Translations under genes and position numbers: made by a program
Part shown: positions 54,139 through 63,653 of the stretch, piece after piece
How positions within the stretch are numbered: the stretch's first letter is position 1
How the letters are laid out: each line of letters starts with the position of its first letter
DNA from: an uncultured Acidimicrobiia bacterium
GTDB lineage: Bacteria > Actinomycetota > Acidimicrobiia > Acidimicrobiales > Ilumatobacteraceae
Assembly: GCA_963774125.1 (NCBI GenBank)
Contig: CAVZDR010000002.1
Span: 420,605-484,604, forward strand
Direction: 5' to 3'
DNA: 64,000 bases
The notes under the pieces: generated by a model
Databases searched by the model: none
The model's input: the letters and a program-made list of their open reading frames with translations, nothing else
Told to the model about the DNA's origin: nothing

Positions 54139-54200
54139 CGGCGACAGCGTAATGGAAGTGTTACGCGAGCCGAGGTACGCCCCATCGTCCGGGCTCGTGA

Positions 54201-54923
54201 CTACCGGACGATCGTGCCGACGTGCTGGCCTTCGAGGATCGCTCGCAGGCTGCCCGGCTTCGACATGTCGAACACGACGATGGGGATCTTGTTGTCACGG
54301 CAGAACGCGATCGCCGTGGCATCCATCACCCGTAGGTCCTTGTTCATCACGTCCATGTAGCCGATCTCGTCGTACTTCTTCGCGTCGCGGTTCGTTCGCG
54401 GATCAGCGTCGTAGATGCCGTCCACACCCGAGTGCGTGCCCTTGATCAACGCCTCCGCATCGATCTCGGCCACCCGCAACGCGGCGGCCGTGTCCGTGGT
54501 GAAGAACGGGTTGCCGGTGCCCGCAGCGAAGATGACCACCCGCCCCTTCTCGAGGTGGCGGACGGCGCGCCGGCGGATGTACGGCTCGGCGATGCGTGGC
54601 ATCTCGATGGCCGACTGGACCCTGGTCGGCTGGCCGAGGCGCTCGAGTGCATCCTGCAGCGCCAACGCGTTCATCACGGTGCCGAGCATGCCGATGTGGT
54701 CGGACTGCGTGGCATCCATCTCGGACAAGGTCCCGCCGCGGCCACGCCAGAAGTTGCCCCCGCCCACGACGACGGCAACGTCGACCTCGAGGCCCTGGCG
54801 CAGGTCGATGATGTCGTGTGCGGTCTGGTCGAGCGTGGCACCGTCGATGCCGTATCCCGCCGGCCCGGCCAACGCCTCGCCCGACGGCTTGAAGACGATG
54901 CGGCGCCAGCGCGGTTGGCCCAC
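54201..54923 (-). CDS. pyrH: UMP kinase
   Basis: GTG 54923, then [30 protein letters not shown] and [21 protein letters not shown]. The ORF track fuses it to tsf only because of the tsf frame break. Confidence 0.9.
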   Translation of the reverse strand: [240 protein letters not shown]

Positions 54924-54925
54924 GG

Positions 54926-55715
54926 TCAGCCGATCTCCACCTGCGCGAAGCCGGCCACGCGCGGCGCCGCCGAGCAGTTGGCCGATGGTCTGCTTGTCGT
55001 CCTTGGCGTAGGGCTGATCGAGCAAGGCGATCGTCTTGAAGAAGCCGTCGAGCCGACCCTCGACGATCTTCGGGATCGCCTGCTCCGGCTTGCCCTCGTT
55101 GCGGGTGATCGACTCGAGCGTCTTGCGCTCCTCGTCGACGACGTCCGCCGGCACCTCGTCCCGGGACAGGAACTGCGGTCGGGCGAAGGCGATGTGCACG
55201 GCCACGTCGTGGGCCAGCTGAGGCGTCCCGTCCGTCAACACGACGAGCACGCCGTTGACGCCGCGACCACCCTGCACATGGAGGTAGCTGTCGATCACCT
55301 GCCCGGGCTCGGTCTCCAGCCGGACGACGCGCCCGACCTCGATCTTCTCCTTGAGCGTGAGCTTGAGGTCCTCCAAGCGGTCCTGGCGCTCCTCGACCGC
55401 GTCGACGCCCTTCGCCGCCACGATGTGGGCCAGCTCCTGCGCCTCGAGCTTGAAGTGCTCGGAGCTGGCGACGAAGTCCGTCTCGCTCTTCAGCTCGACC
55501 ATCGCGCCGACACCGTCTTGCACGACCAGCGCGACGACGCCCTGGGTGTTCTCCCGGTCCTCGCGCTTCGCGCTGGCGGCCAGGCCCTGCTCACGCAGCC
55601 ACTGCGTGGCAGCCTCGGCGTCGCCGTCGTTGGCCTCGAGGGCGCGCTTGGCGTCCATCATCCCCGCACCCGTCGCCTGGCGCAGTGCTTGTACGTCCTT
55701 GGCGGTGAACGCCAT
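54926..55715 (-). pseudogene. tsf: elongation factor Ts; single-nt frame break 10 codons before the stop
   Basis: MAFTAKDVQALRQATGAGMMDAKRAL...IGQLLGGAA. The expected tail VAGFAQVEIG-TGA (stop at 54926-54928) is one frame over, with the break near 54958. As sequenced the frame runs into pyrH. Confidence 0.9.
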
Positions 55716-55753
55716 CGTGATCTCGCAGTCTCCTCGTCGTGGTGAAGGTGAGC

Positions 55754-56833
55754 TCAGGACTCGGTGGTCGAGACGGTTGCCTCGTCCACAGCGGCCTCGC
55801 TGGCCGTCGTCTCGGTGCCGGCCGTGTCGACGGCCGGCTCCGGCTCCACAGCCTCTGGTGCAGCCGCCGGCTCAGAAGCCTCGGGCTCAGCGGCCACGGG
55901 CTCAGCGGCCACGGGCTCAGCGGCCACGGGCTCAGCGACCTCGGGCTCAGTCGCCGGCGACGCCTCCTGCTCCACGTGGTCCGTTGCCGGCACCGGCGGG
56001 GGTGGGATCTCGCGCGCTGCTGCGAGACGGGCGTCGCGGTCGGCCTGGGCGCGAGCCGCGGCGTGGCGTGCTTCCGCCTGCTGGTTGGCGAACGCCGCCT
56101 CCTCCTCGGCGGTGCGCGTCACCGGCACGGACGATGGATCGCGCTTGGCTGCGATGAAGCGCCCTTCCTCCACCGCATCGGCGATCACTCGAGCCAGCAG
56201 CGAGTTGGCACGGATGGCGTCGTCGTTGCCCGGGATCGGGTACTGCACGAGCTCGGGATCGACGTTCGTGTCGACGACCGCGACCACCGGGATCCCCAGC
56301 TTGTTCGCCTCGGTGACGGCGATGTGCTCCTTCTTCGTGTCGAGCACGAAGATCGCATCGGGCTTGCGCTCGAGCCCGCGCAGGCCACCGAGGTTGCGCT
56401 GCAGCTTCTCCATCTCCCGCGTCAGCAGCAGCGCCTCCTTCTTCGGCATCACCTCGAACTCGCCGGAGTCACGCATCCGCTCGTACTCGAGCATCTTGCC
56501 GACCCGCTTGGAGATGGTGTCGAAGTTGGTCAGCATCCCGCCGAGCCAGCGCTCGTTGACGAACGGCATGCCGCACTTCTCGGCGTAGCTGCGAACCGGG
56601 TCCTGGGCCTGCTTCTTCGTGCCGACGAAGAGGATCACTCCTCCGTTCGCGACGAGGTCCCGGACGTACGCGTACGCCGTTTCGACCCGCTTGAGCGTCT
56701 GCTCGAGGTCGATGATGTAGATGCCGTTGCGCTCGCCGAAGATGAATCGCTTCATCTTCGGGTTCCAGCGCCGGGTCTGGTGCCCGAAGTGGACGCCGGC
56801 CTCCAGCATCTGCCGCATCGTGATGACGGCCAT
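55754..56833 (-). CDS. rpsB: 30S ribosomal protein S2 with long acidic C-terminal extension
   Basis: ATG 56833 after [36 protein letters not shown]. The tail has AEPVA x3, encoded by a 15-nt tandem repeat at about 55887-55935. Confidence 0.95.
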   Translation of the reverse strand: MAVITMRQMLEAGVHFGHQTRRWNPKMKRFIFGERNGIYIIDLEQTLKRVETAYAYVRDLVANGGVILFVGTKKQAQDPVRSYAEKCGMPFVNERWLGGMLTNFDTISKRVGKMLEYERMRDSGEFEVMPKKEALLLTREMEKLQRNLGGLRGLERKPDAIFVLDTKKEHIAVTEANKLGIPVVAVVDTNVDPELVQYPIPGNDDAIRANSLLARVIADAVEEGRFIAAKRDPSSVPVTRTAEEEAAFANQQAEARHAAARAQADRDARLAAAREIPPPPVPATDHVEQEASPATEPEVAEPVAAEPVAAEPVAAEPEASEPAAAPEAVEPEPAVDTAGTETTASEAAVDEATVSTTES

Positions 56834-56978
56834 CAGTTCTCCTTCGCGGTTGGTCGGACCCGCCACCGGCGCCGAAGCGACCGCAGGGTGGTGACGGGCG
56901 GTGAGTGGTGATCGGCGCACCGGACGGTGAGCCGAGCCGCGAGTGTACCGGGCGCAAGCCGGTCGCCCGCCTGCTCAG

Positions 56979-57013
56979 CCCACCCGTCAACCCACCCGTC
57001 AGTCCACCTGTCA
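56979..57013 (-). repeat. 12-nt tandem repeat starting at the M23 peptidase stop
   Basis: The minus strand reads TGACAGGTGGAC TGACGGGTGGGT TGACGGGTGGGC TGAGCA. The TGA recurs in frame every 4 codons, four times. It lies upstream of rpsB. Confidence 0.7.
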
Positions 57014-57493
57014 CGGCGATGCCGGACAGCGCAGCCGAGGCGGTGGCGCACGGCGGCCGGGCGAGCCATCCGTCGGCACGAGGCGCCATCGCTCGACGAG
57101 TCGTCCCAGCAGTGGCGCGGGGTCGACGTACGTGTCGCCGCGGCGGAGCCCGAAGTACAGCTCGCTGGACGCTCGACCCACCTCGGATCCCTGCGTCACC
57201 GTCGATCCCATCGACAGCTCAGTGCTGGAGAGCCGACCATACGTGGCACGCAGCCCGTCGGCATGTTCGACGACCACGTACAGGACGCCGGCGACGGAGC
57301 CGCGAAACGTCACCCGACCGGCGGCCGCCGCACGGACGGCAGTGCCCGCAGGCACGGTGTATTCGAGGCCCCGGTTCCCGGGGCACCACGTACACGACGG
57401 TTCGCGGAAGGCGTCGGCTACCGGTGCGTTGACCGGCGGGAGCAGGCAGCTCGCCGCCAACAGTGGGGCGAGCGCGGGGATCAGCAACGGCAT
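57011..57493 (-). CDS. M23-family metallopeptidase (secreted)
   Basis: MPLLIPALAPLLAASCLLPPV signal, then NRGLEYTVPAGTAVRAAAAGRVTFRGSVAGVLYVVVEHADGLRATYGRL, a LytM/M23 core. Confidence 0.75.
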   Translation of the reverse strand: MPLLIPALAPLLAASCLLPPVNAPVADAFREPSCTWCPGNRGLEYTVPAGTAVRAAAAGRVTFRGSVAGVLYVVVEHADGLRATYGRLSSTELSMGSTVTQGSEVGRASSELYFGLRRGDTYVDPAPLLGRLVERWRLVPTDGSPGRRAPPPRLRCPASP

Positions 57494-57573
57494 GGGCACC
57501 TCCAAGCGGCACAACCGAACTGGGGCGGAGTCCGGACGACGAGTTCGAGGCGGCGAGCAGCGCCGCGAAGAGA

Positions 57574-58335
57574 TCAGGCCACGCCGGCGGCGGTCAGGCG
57601 AGCCCGGAGGTGGAGGACCGACTTCGTGTGGAGCTGGGGCACACGGCTCTCGCTCACGCCCAGCACCCGGCTGATCTGGGCCAGCGTCAGGCCCTCGTCG
57701 TAGTACAGGGAGAGGATCAGCTTCTCCCGATCCGGCAGCTTGCCGATCTCAGCGCGCACGAGGTCACGGACCTCCTGCTCCTCGACGACCGCCGACGGAA
57801 CGATGGGCACCTCGCCACTCAACCCGCGCGGCTCCGCTCCGGCATCGAGCGCCCGTTCCAACGGCCCGACCGTCGTCGACGCGATCGTCGACAGCCACTG
57901 GTCGAGCCGGGGCCGGGCGATCTGCAGGTGGTCGGCCAGCTCGTCGTCGTTCGGCGCACGGCCCCACCGACCCTCGTAGTCGGCGATCGCCCGCTCCACT
58001 TCACGTGCCCTCGAGCGCACGGAGCGAGGCACCCAGTCGAGCTCGCGAAGTCCGTCGTAGATCGCCCCGCGGATGCGCGGCGTGGCGAACGTCTCGAACT
58101 TGACACCGCGCTGCGGGTCGAATCGCTCGATGGCGTCGATCAGCCCGAGCACCCCGGAGCTCACGAGATCGCCCGGATCGACGCTCGTCGGCAACCCGGC
58201 TCCGACCCGCCCGGCAACGAACTTGACGAGCGGGGCGTAGGAGACGATCAGGTGGTCACGAGCGCTGGAGCTGCGCCGTCGCAGCCAACGCTCCCACTGC
58301 GTCGCCAGGTATGGATCGACGTCGACGATGGTCAC
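57574..58335 (-). CDS. whiG: FliA/WhiG-family RNA polymerase sigma factor
   Basis: Region 2 LVSSGVLGLIDAIERFDPQRGVKFETFATPRIRGAI, region 4 LTLAQISRVLGVSESRVPQLHTKSVLHLR. Confidence 0.85.
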   Translation of the reverse strand: MTIVDVDPYLATQWERWLRRRSSSARDHLIVSYAPLVKFVAGRVGAGLPTSVDPGDLVSSGVLGLIDAIERFDPQRGVKFETFATPRIRGAIYDGLRELDWVPRSVRSRAREVERAIADYEGRWGRAPNDDELADHLQIARPRLDQWLSTIASTTVGPLERALDAGAEPRGLSGEVPIVPSAVVEEQEVRDLVRAEIGKLPDREKLILSLYYDEGLTLAQISRVLGVSESRVPQLHTKSVLHLRARLTAAGVA

Positions 58336-58350
58336 TCGTGAACCGTTGCC

Positions 58351-59316
58351 TCAGGCCCGCGGATGTGCCTCGCCGTAAGCGGCGCGGAGGCGCTCGCGGC
58401 TGACGTGGGTGTAGCGCTGGGTCGTCGCGACATCGGCGTGCCCCAGGAGCTCCTGCACGGCGCGCAGGTCGGCACCACCATCGAGCAGATGAGTGGCGAA
58501 GCTGTGGCGCAACGCGTGCGGATGCGTCGGCGAAGGGGATCGGCGATCGATGATCCGGCGGACGTCCCGTGGGCTCAAGCGTCGCCCCCGCTCGTTGCCG
58601 AACAGCGCGGGGTCGTCCGCTTCGATCACCTCGGCTCGTATCCGAGCCCACGCCCGCAGCGCGGCGACCGCCGGCTCCGACAACGGAACACGTCGCTGGA
58701 CCGCGCCCTTCCCCCACACCACAACAGCGCCCTGGTCGAGGTCGATCGACGTCGTGTCGAGGCCGCAGAGTTCGCTGACCCGCAACCCTGAGCCGTACAG
58801 GACCTCCAGCACCGCGTCGTCGCGACTGCGCCGCCAGGCCGGCTCGTCGTCGGGAAGGCGACCCTCGAGCAGCGCGTCGAGGTCGCGATGGTCGAGCACC
58901 CGTGGCAGGCGGCCGTCGCCGCCTTTGGCCTGCACCCCCGTCGTCGGGTCGGCGGTCAGTCGTCCGGTCCGCACGAGCCACCGGAAGTACCTGCGCAGTG
59001 CGGCGGTCTTCCTGGCGATGCTCCGGCGCGCGTATTGCCTCGTGGTGAGGTGGGCGAGATAGCGACGGACGGTCGTGCGGGTGACCGCCGACGGACCCTC
59101 GATGCCAAGTCGCGCCGCCCACTCGGCGAAGCCACGAACGTCCGATGCATAGGCAGTGACCGTGTGGGCTGACAGCGAGGCGAGCGACCGGGCGAACGAC
59201 TCGACGAGCCACTGCTGCGCCCGCTCGTCGGAGGAGGCTGCGGAAGCGGGGTCCTGACCGGCGTCTCGGCGGTCGCGAACCGCGCGAACGTCGTTGTCGG
59301 CGCGTGCTCCCGGCAT
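58351..59316 (-). CDS. xerC: site-specific tyrosine recombinase XerC
   Basis: ...LYGSGLRVSELCGL...HALRHSFATHLLDGGADLRAVQELLGHADVATTQRYTHV. It sits in the housekeeping whiG/dprA/comM context. Confidence 0.85.
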   Translation of the reverse strand: MPGARADNDVRAVRDRRDAGQDPASAASSDERAQQWLVESFARSLASLSAHTVTAYASDVRGFAEWAARLGIEGPSAVTRTTVRRYLAHLTTRQYARRSIARKTAALRRYFRWLVRTGRLTADPTTGVQAKGGDGRLPRVLDHRDLDALLEGRLPDDEPAWRRSRDDAVLEVLYGSGLRVSELCGLDTTSIDLDQGAVVVWGKGAVQRRVPLSEPAVAALRAWARIRAEVIEADDPALFGNERGRRLSPRDVRRIIDRRSPSPTHPHALRHSFATHLLDGGADLRAVQELLGHADVATTQRYTHVSRERLRAAYGEAHPRA

Positions 59317-59334
59317 TCGAGCGAGGGTATTCGC

Positions 59335-60477
59335 TCATGCCCGCTCCAGCCATGACACCACGGGCTCGAACCAGCCGCCCGACTCCTGTACCCACCCGGT
59401 TCGCTCGAGGCGGGCGAGCGTCATCGCCGCATCGGCCAACGGCAGCCCGAGCTCGACGACGATCTCTTCCAAGGTGCATGGGTCTCGCCGGCACCGCTCC
59501 AGCACGGCAGCGGCGATGCCCCGGGGCATCGGCCGGGGGTCGTAGGCCGGCACGGCGACCCGTCGGGTGTCGAGCCCGAGCGCGAGGAGCACATCATCGA
59601 CCGAGGTGACGGGCGCCGCACCGTCGCGGAGGAGTTGGTTGGTGCCGACAGCTGCCCGGTTGCGAACCGAACCCGGCACGGCCATGACGTCGACCGAGCG
59701 CTCGATCGCCGCTTGCGCCGTGATCAGCGAGCCGCCTCGCTCACGGCTCTCCACGACGACGAGCACCTCGCAGAGTGCGGCGAGGATGCGGTTGCGCAGC
59801 GGGAAGCGGAACGGCTCGGGAACGGTTCCCGGCGGCCACTCCGACAGCAGGACCCCACGCCGACAGACCTCCTCCCACAGCTTGGCATGCACCCGCGGGT
59901 ACGGCTGGTCCGGTCCATTGCCGACCACGGCCGCTGGCGGAGCGCCGTCGGCCCGCAACGCGCCTGAGTGCGCAGCGCCGTCGACACCTTTGGCCAGTCC
60001 CGACACGACGACGATGCCTGCCGTCGCCAGCTCGCGACCGAGCTCGAAGGCGGTCTCACGTCCGGCCCGTGTGGCGTTGCGCGTCCCGACCACGCCGACC
60101 CGCCGCCGCTCGAGGACGGACAAGTCGCCGCGAACGAACAGCACCGCCGGCGGCTCCGGATCGTTGACGAGCACGGCCGGGTAGCTCTGGTCGCGCGCGC
60201 TGACGACGCGGATCGAGCTGCGACGGCAGCGCGCCGCCCACTCGTCGGGGTCACGACGATCGCCGGACGCTCGCCACGCGGCTCGGACGGTGGGCGTCAA
60301 CAGCCGCGCCACGCTCGGATGAGGAACAGCGCGACCGGTCGCGACGGCATGTGCCTCGACGGGCTCGTGGTGGGACAGCAGGACACGCAGCCGCTGGATC
60401 GTCATGAGGTCGAACCCGGCGAGCGCGGCGAGACAGCCATCGGCCGCCGCAGTGGAGGCCGGAGCACCGGCGCTCAT
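59335..60477 (-). CDS. dprA: DNA-processing protein DprA
   Basis: ATG 60477 overlaps the upstream stop (TGATG). VGTRNATRAGRE, VVSGLAKGVDGAAH, and a C-terminal winged-helix region. Confidence 0.85.
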   Translation of the reverse strand: MSAGAPASTAAADGCLAALAGFDLMTIQRLRVLLSHHEPVEAHAVATGRAVPHPSVARLLTPTVRAAWRASGDRRDPDEWAARCRRSSIRVVSARDQSYPAVLVNDPEPPAVLFVRGDLSVLERRRVGVVGTRNATRAGRETAFELGRELATAGIVVVSGLAKGVDGAAHSGALRADGAPPAAVVGNGPDQPYPRVHAKLWEEVCRRGVLLSEWPPGTVPEPFRFPLRNRILAALCEVLVVVESRERGGSLITAQAAIERSVDVMAVPGSVRNRAAVGTNQLLRDGAAPVTSVDDVLLALGLDTRRVAVPAYDPRPMPRGIAAAVLERCRRDPCTLEEIVVELGLPLADAAMTLARLERTGWVQESGGWFEPVVSWLERA

Positions 60478-62009
60478 CACGCCACCAACCCGGCGGCTGC
60501 CGCCCTGAGGCGGGTGCGCAGTGACAGGGCGATCGACACGTGCTCCACATCGAGAGCATCCGGGGGCAGCACGCCGTCCCGGGCGCTGTGGAGATCGGCG
60601 ATCGTCCGAGCGACGCGACGGATGCGGTGGTAGCCGCGTCCCGTCAGTCGTTCCCGTTCGATCTCCGATCGCAGCAGCGCCCGGGCGTCCGCCGTGACCG
60701 GCGCCCACCGGTCGAGCAGCTCGCCGTGCAACTCGGCGTTGAGGCGCCCACCCCGCTCGATGGCGCGCCGGCGAGCGTCGGCCACGCGCGCGGCGACGAC
60801 GGCGCTCGGCTCACCACCGCCGGGATCGAGCAGCTCGTCGACGGCCGGCCTCTGCACAGCCACGCGCAGATCGAACCGGTCCAGGAGCGGCCCGGAGAGA
60901 CGCCGGACATAGCGCATCCGGGCGATGTCGTCGCACTCGCACGAGCCCGGCGCGCCCCCGCCACACGGGCAAGGATTCGTGGCTGCCACGAGGAGGAAGC
61001 GGGCCGGCATGACCGCGTGACTGTTCGCTCGGGCCACGCGGATGACGCCTTCCTCGAGTGGTTCGCGGAGCGCGTCCAACACCGACGGCGGATACTCGCC
61101 GAGCTCATCGAGGAACAGGACGCCACCGTGAGCGAGGCTGATCTCGCCGGGTCGCAGTGAGGCCGAGCCGCCCCCGACCAGCGCGACCACCGAGCTCGTG
61201 TGGTGTGGCGCCCGGAACGGCGCGGTGGTCACGAGTCCGGCCCGCGGCATCGCCACGCCGGCCGCCGAGTGGATCATGGTCGCCGCCAGCGCGTCGGCCC
61301 GGTCGAGTGCCGGCAGAACGCCGGTCAACCGCTGCGCCAGCATCGTCTTGCCCGAGCCGGGCGCCCCGACCATCAGCAGATGGTGGCCGCCGGCCGCGGC
61401 GATCTCGAGGGCTTGCCGGGCGACCGGTTGCCCGCGCACATCAGCCAGGTCAGGAGTCGGCGGTGCTTCGTCGCCGACCAGCGGGTCCGGGTCAGCTGGC
61501 CACGGCGTCTGCGTGGTGAGGCACGTCACGACCTCGTTCAGCGTCGACGCGACCCGCACGGGACCGGTTGCGGCGACGTGCGCCTCGGGGCTCGACGAGA
61601 TCGGCACGACAACCGCCAGCTCCTCGAGCACGGCCACCATCGGCGCGACCCCGGGAACACGGCGCAGCGAGCCGTCCAGACCGAGCTCACCGACGAACCC
61701 GTGCCCGGCAACGGCCTCCGGCGGGATCGCTTCCGAGGCCACGAGCACCCCGATGGCGATGGCGAGGTCCAACCCGGCACCGGTCTTGCGACGTCCCGAC
61801 GGCGCAAGGTTGACCGTGATGCACGCCGTCGGCCAGGGCAGCTCGCTGCTCATGACTGCGGCACGGACCCGATCGCGGGATTCTCGGCACGCCGCGTCAG
61901 GGAGGCCCACGATGTGGTAGCCCGGAAGTCCGGGACCGACGTGGACCTCGACGGTCACGGGGTGGCCGCTGGCGCCGAGGAGTGTGGCCGACGGGATGGA
62001 TGCGAGCAC
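60477..62009 (-). CDS. comM: YifB/ComM-family Mg-chelatase-like AAA+ ATPase
   Basis: GTG 62009. VLASIPSATLLGASGHPVTVEVHV...IVGLPDAACRESRDRV, Walker A GAPGSGKTMLA, and GVLFLDELGE. Confidence 0.85.
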   Translation of the reverse strand: MLASIPSATLLGASGHPVTVEVHVGPGLPGYHIVGLPDAACRESRDRVRAAVMSSELPWPTACITVNLAPSGRRKTGAGLDLAIAIGVLVASEAIPPEAVAGHGFVGELGLDGSLRRVPGVAPMVAVLEELAVVVPISSSPEAHVAATGPVRVASTLNEVVTCLTTQTPWPADPDPLVGDEAPPTPDLADVRGQPVARQALEIAAAGGHHLLMVGAPGSGKTMLAQRLTGVLPALDRADALAATMIHSAAGVAMPRAGLVTTAPFRAPHHTSSVVALVGGGSASLRPGEISLAHGGVLFLDELGEYPPSVLDALREPLEEGVIRVARANSHAVMPARFLLVAATNPCPCGGGAPGSCECDDIARMRYVRRLSGPLLDRFDLRVAVQRPAVDELLDPGGGEPSAVVAARVADARRRAIERGGRLNAELHGELLDRWAPVTADARALLRSEIERERLTGRGYHRIRRVARTIADLHSARDGVLPPDALDVEHVSIALSLRTRLRAAAAGLVA

Positions 62010-62296
62010 GGTGCCCTCCCACGAACGTGAGGTTCGAGCTGGGAGCGGCACCAGGCCCCTCGATCGGTGGAAGGCACCATAGCGAGGGGGTGTGACACTC
62101 CCACGGGGCCAGGTCGATGCGGCCGCCGAGGCGCCTGGAGGCGCCGGGCTCCTCACCCAGCACGACACCGTCCAGGGTTGGGATTCGGCTCACAATGTCT
62201 GGCTCCGCGTTGACCGGAGGGTCGGGACCGCGTGATCATCATGCGAGGCGGGCGGTGGGCCGTCGCAGGTCGACGAACCAGGAAACGAGGGGGCAA

Positions 62297-63180
62297 ATGC
62301 AGACACCCGCACCGTTCGGCTACGAGCGCGCGACGAGCGTCGAGCACGCCGTCAGCCTGCTGGAGCAGCTCGGACCTGAGGCGCGAGCTCGTCGCCGGCG
62401 GGCACTCCCTGCTGCCGATGATGAAGTTGCGCCTGGCGCGACCCGAGCACCTGGTCGACATCAACGACCTGGCCGGCGAGCTGTCGTACATCCGGGTCGA
62501 CGGCGACGAGTTGCGCATCGGTGCGATGACCCGGCACGCCGAGCTGCTCGCCTCGGCCGTCGCCGGCGAGCACTTCCGGATCCTCCACGACGCCGAGCGG
62601 GTGATCGCCGATCCGGTCGTGCGCAACCGCGGGACGGTCGGCGGATCGCTCTGCCAGGCCGATCCGAGCGAGGACCTCTCGGCGGTCTTCGCCGCCCTGC
62701 AGGCCGAGGTCGTCATCCACGGGTCGGCGCCGGCACACGGACGGTGGCCGCGCGGGAGCTCCACGTGGGGCCGTACGAGACGGTCGTCGGTGACGGCCGA
62801 ATGCTGACCGAGAGTCCGCGTACCGATCCGCGCCGGCGGCGGGAGCGGCCTATCGGAAGGTCGAGCGGCGGGCGGGCGACTGGGCGGTCGCCGCCGCCGG
62901 CGCGGCCGTGTGGCTCGACGGCGACACGATCAGCGACGCCGGCATCGGGCTCACCGCGGTCGGCGCCGAGCACTTCTGCGCTCCGGCCGCCGAGGACGCG
63001 CTGCGCGGCGCGACCGTCTCCGACGAGGTCATCGAACGAGCCGGCGCGCTGGCCGCCGAGCACTCAATCCGGCCACCGACCAGCGCGGCCCGGCCGAGTA
63101 CAAGCGCCACCTCGCCGGTGAGCTGACGAAGCGAGCGCTGCGAACGGCGATCAGTCGGGCGAGAGGAGAAGCGGCGATGA
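62297..63180 (+). pseudogene. FAD-binding medium subunit of a CO-dehydrogenase/xanthine-dehydrogenase-family molybdoenzyme; about five frame breaks
   Basis: ATG 62297 after GGAAACGAGGGGG. MQTPAPFGYERATSVEHAVSLLEQLGPEAR, ELVAGGHSLLPMMKLRLARPEHLVDIN...NRGTVGGSL..., TRTVAARELHVGPYETVVG, ...RKVERRAGDWAVAAAGAAVWLDG... and ...RGPAEYKRHLAGELTKRAL lie in alternating frames. The 3' end is unresolved. Confidence 0.7.
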
Positions 63181-63653
63181 ACGTCACGGTCACCGTCAAC
63201 GGCGAGTCCCGCTCGGCCGACATCGAGCCACGAGTGCTGCTCGTCCACCTGCTGCGCGACAACCTCGGACTCACCGGCACGCACTGGGGCTGCGACACCT
63301 CGAACTGCGGGGCGTGCGTCGTGCGCCTCGACGGCGCACCGGTGAAGAGCTGCACGGTGCTCGGGGTGATGGCCGACGGCCGCACGGTCGACACCGTGGA
63401 GGGGCTCGAGGGCGCCGACGGGCTGGACCCCGTGCAGCAAGGCTTCATGGAGTGCCACGGCCTGCAGTGCGGGTTCTGCACGCCCGGGATGATGATCACG
63501 GCGCGGGCGCTGCTCGACGACAACCCGAACCCGACGGACGATGAGATCCGCGAGGCGATCAGCGGGCAGCTGTGCCGCTGCACCGGCTACCACAACATCA
63601 TCAAAGCGGTCCGCTGGGCGGCCGACCGCACGCCCGTGGAGGTGACGTCATGA
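63177..63653 (+). CDS. [2Fe-2S]-binding small subunit of the same molybdoenzyme
   Basis: MNVTVTVNGESR...GCDTSNCGACVV...ECHGLQCGFCTPGMM...CRCTGYHNI. The stop overlaps the next ATG (ATGA 63650-63653). Confidence 0.9.
   Translation: MNVTVTVNGESRSADIEPRVLLVHLLRDNLGLTGTHWGCDTSNCGACVVRLDGAPVKSCTVLGVMADGRTVDTVEGLEGADGLDPVQQGFMECHGLQCGFCTPGMMITARALLDDNPNPTDDEIREAISGQLCRCTGYHNIIKAVRWAADRTPVEVTS

Noticed and set aside
54201-55715. Possible natural bifunctional EF-Ts/UMP-kinase fusion protein.
   Set aside because: The canonical EF-Ts C-terminus and its stop are present one frame over. The pyrH GTG follows 2 nt later. A single-nt indel explains the fusion.
57494-57573. A possible cyclic-di-AMP (ydaO-type) riboswitch upstream of the M23 cell-wall peptidase, as seen before some actinobacterial wall hydrolases.
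   Set aside because: The gap is only 80 nt. It shows just one short hairpin (GCGGCG-ctgct-CGCCGC), which is too short and lacks the pseudo-symmetric architecture of that riboswitch.
58351-59316. A tyrosine recombinase as a marker of an integrated mobile element or prophage.
   Set aside because: It sits in the conserved housekeeping string whiG-xerC-dprA-comM. No att-like repeats, tRNA target, phage genes or transposase genes flank it. It is called as chromosomal XerC.
62010-62296. The 287-nt gap between comM and the molybdoenzyme operon, as a possible small gene, riboswitch or ncRNA (for example a Moco-type element).
   Set aside because: No frame gives a plausible peptide, and I could not recognise any known RNA motif by eye. 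It remains an unannotated promoter or leader region. A covariance-model scan would be needed to say more.
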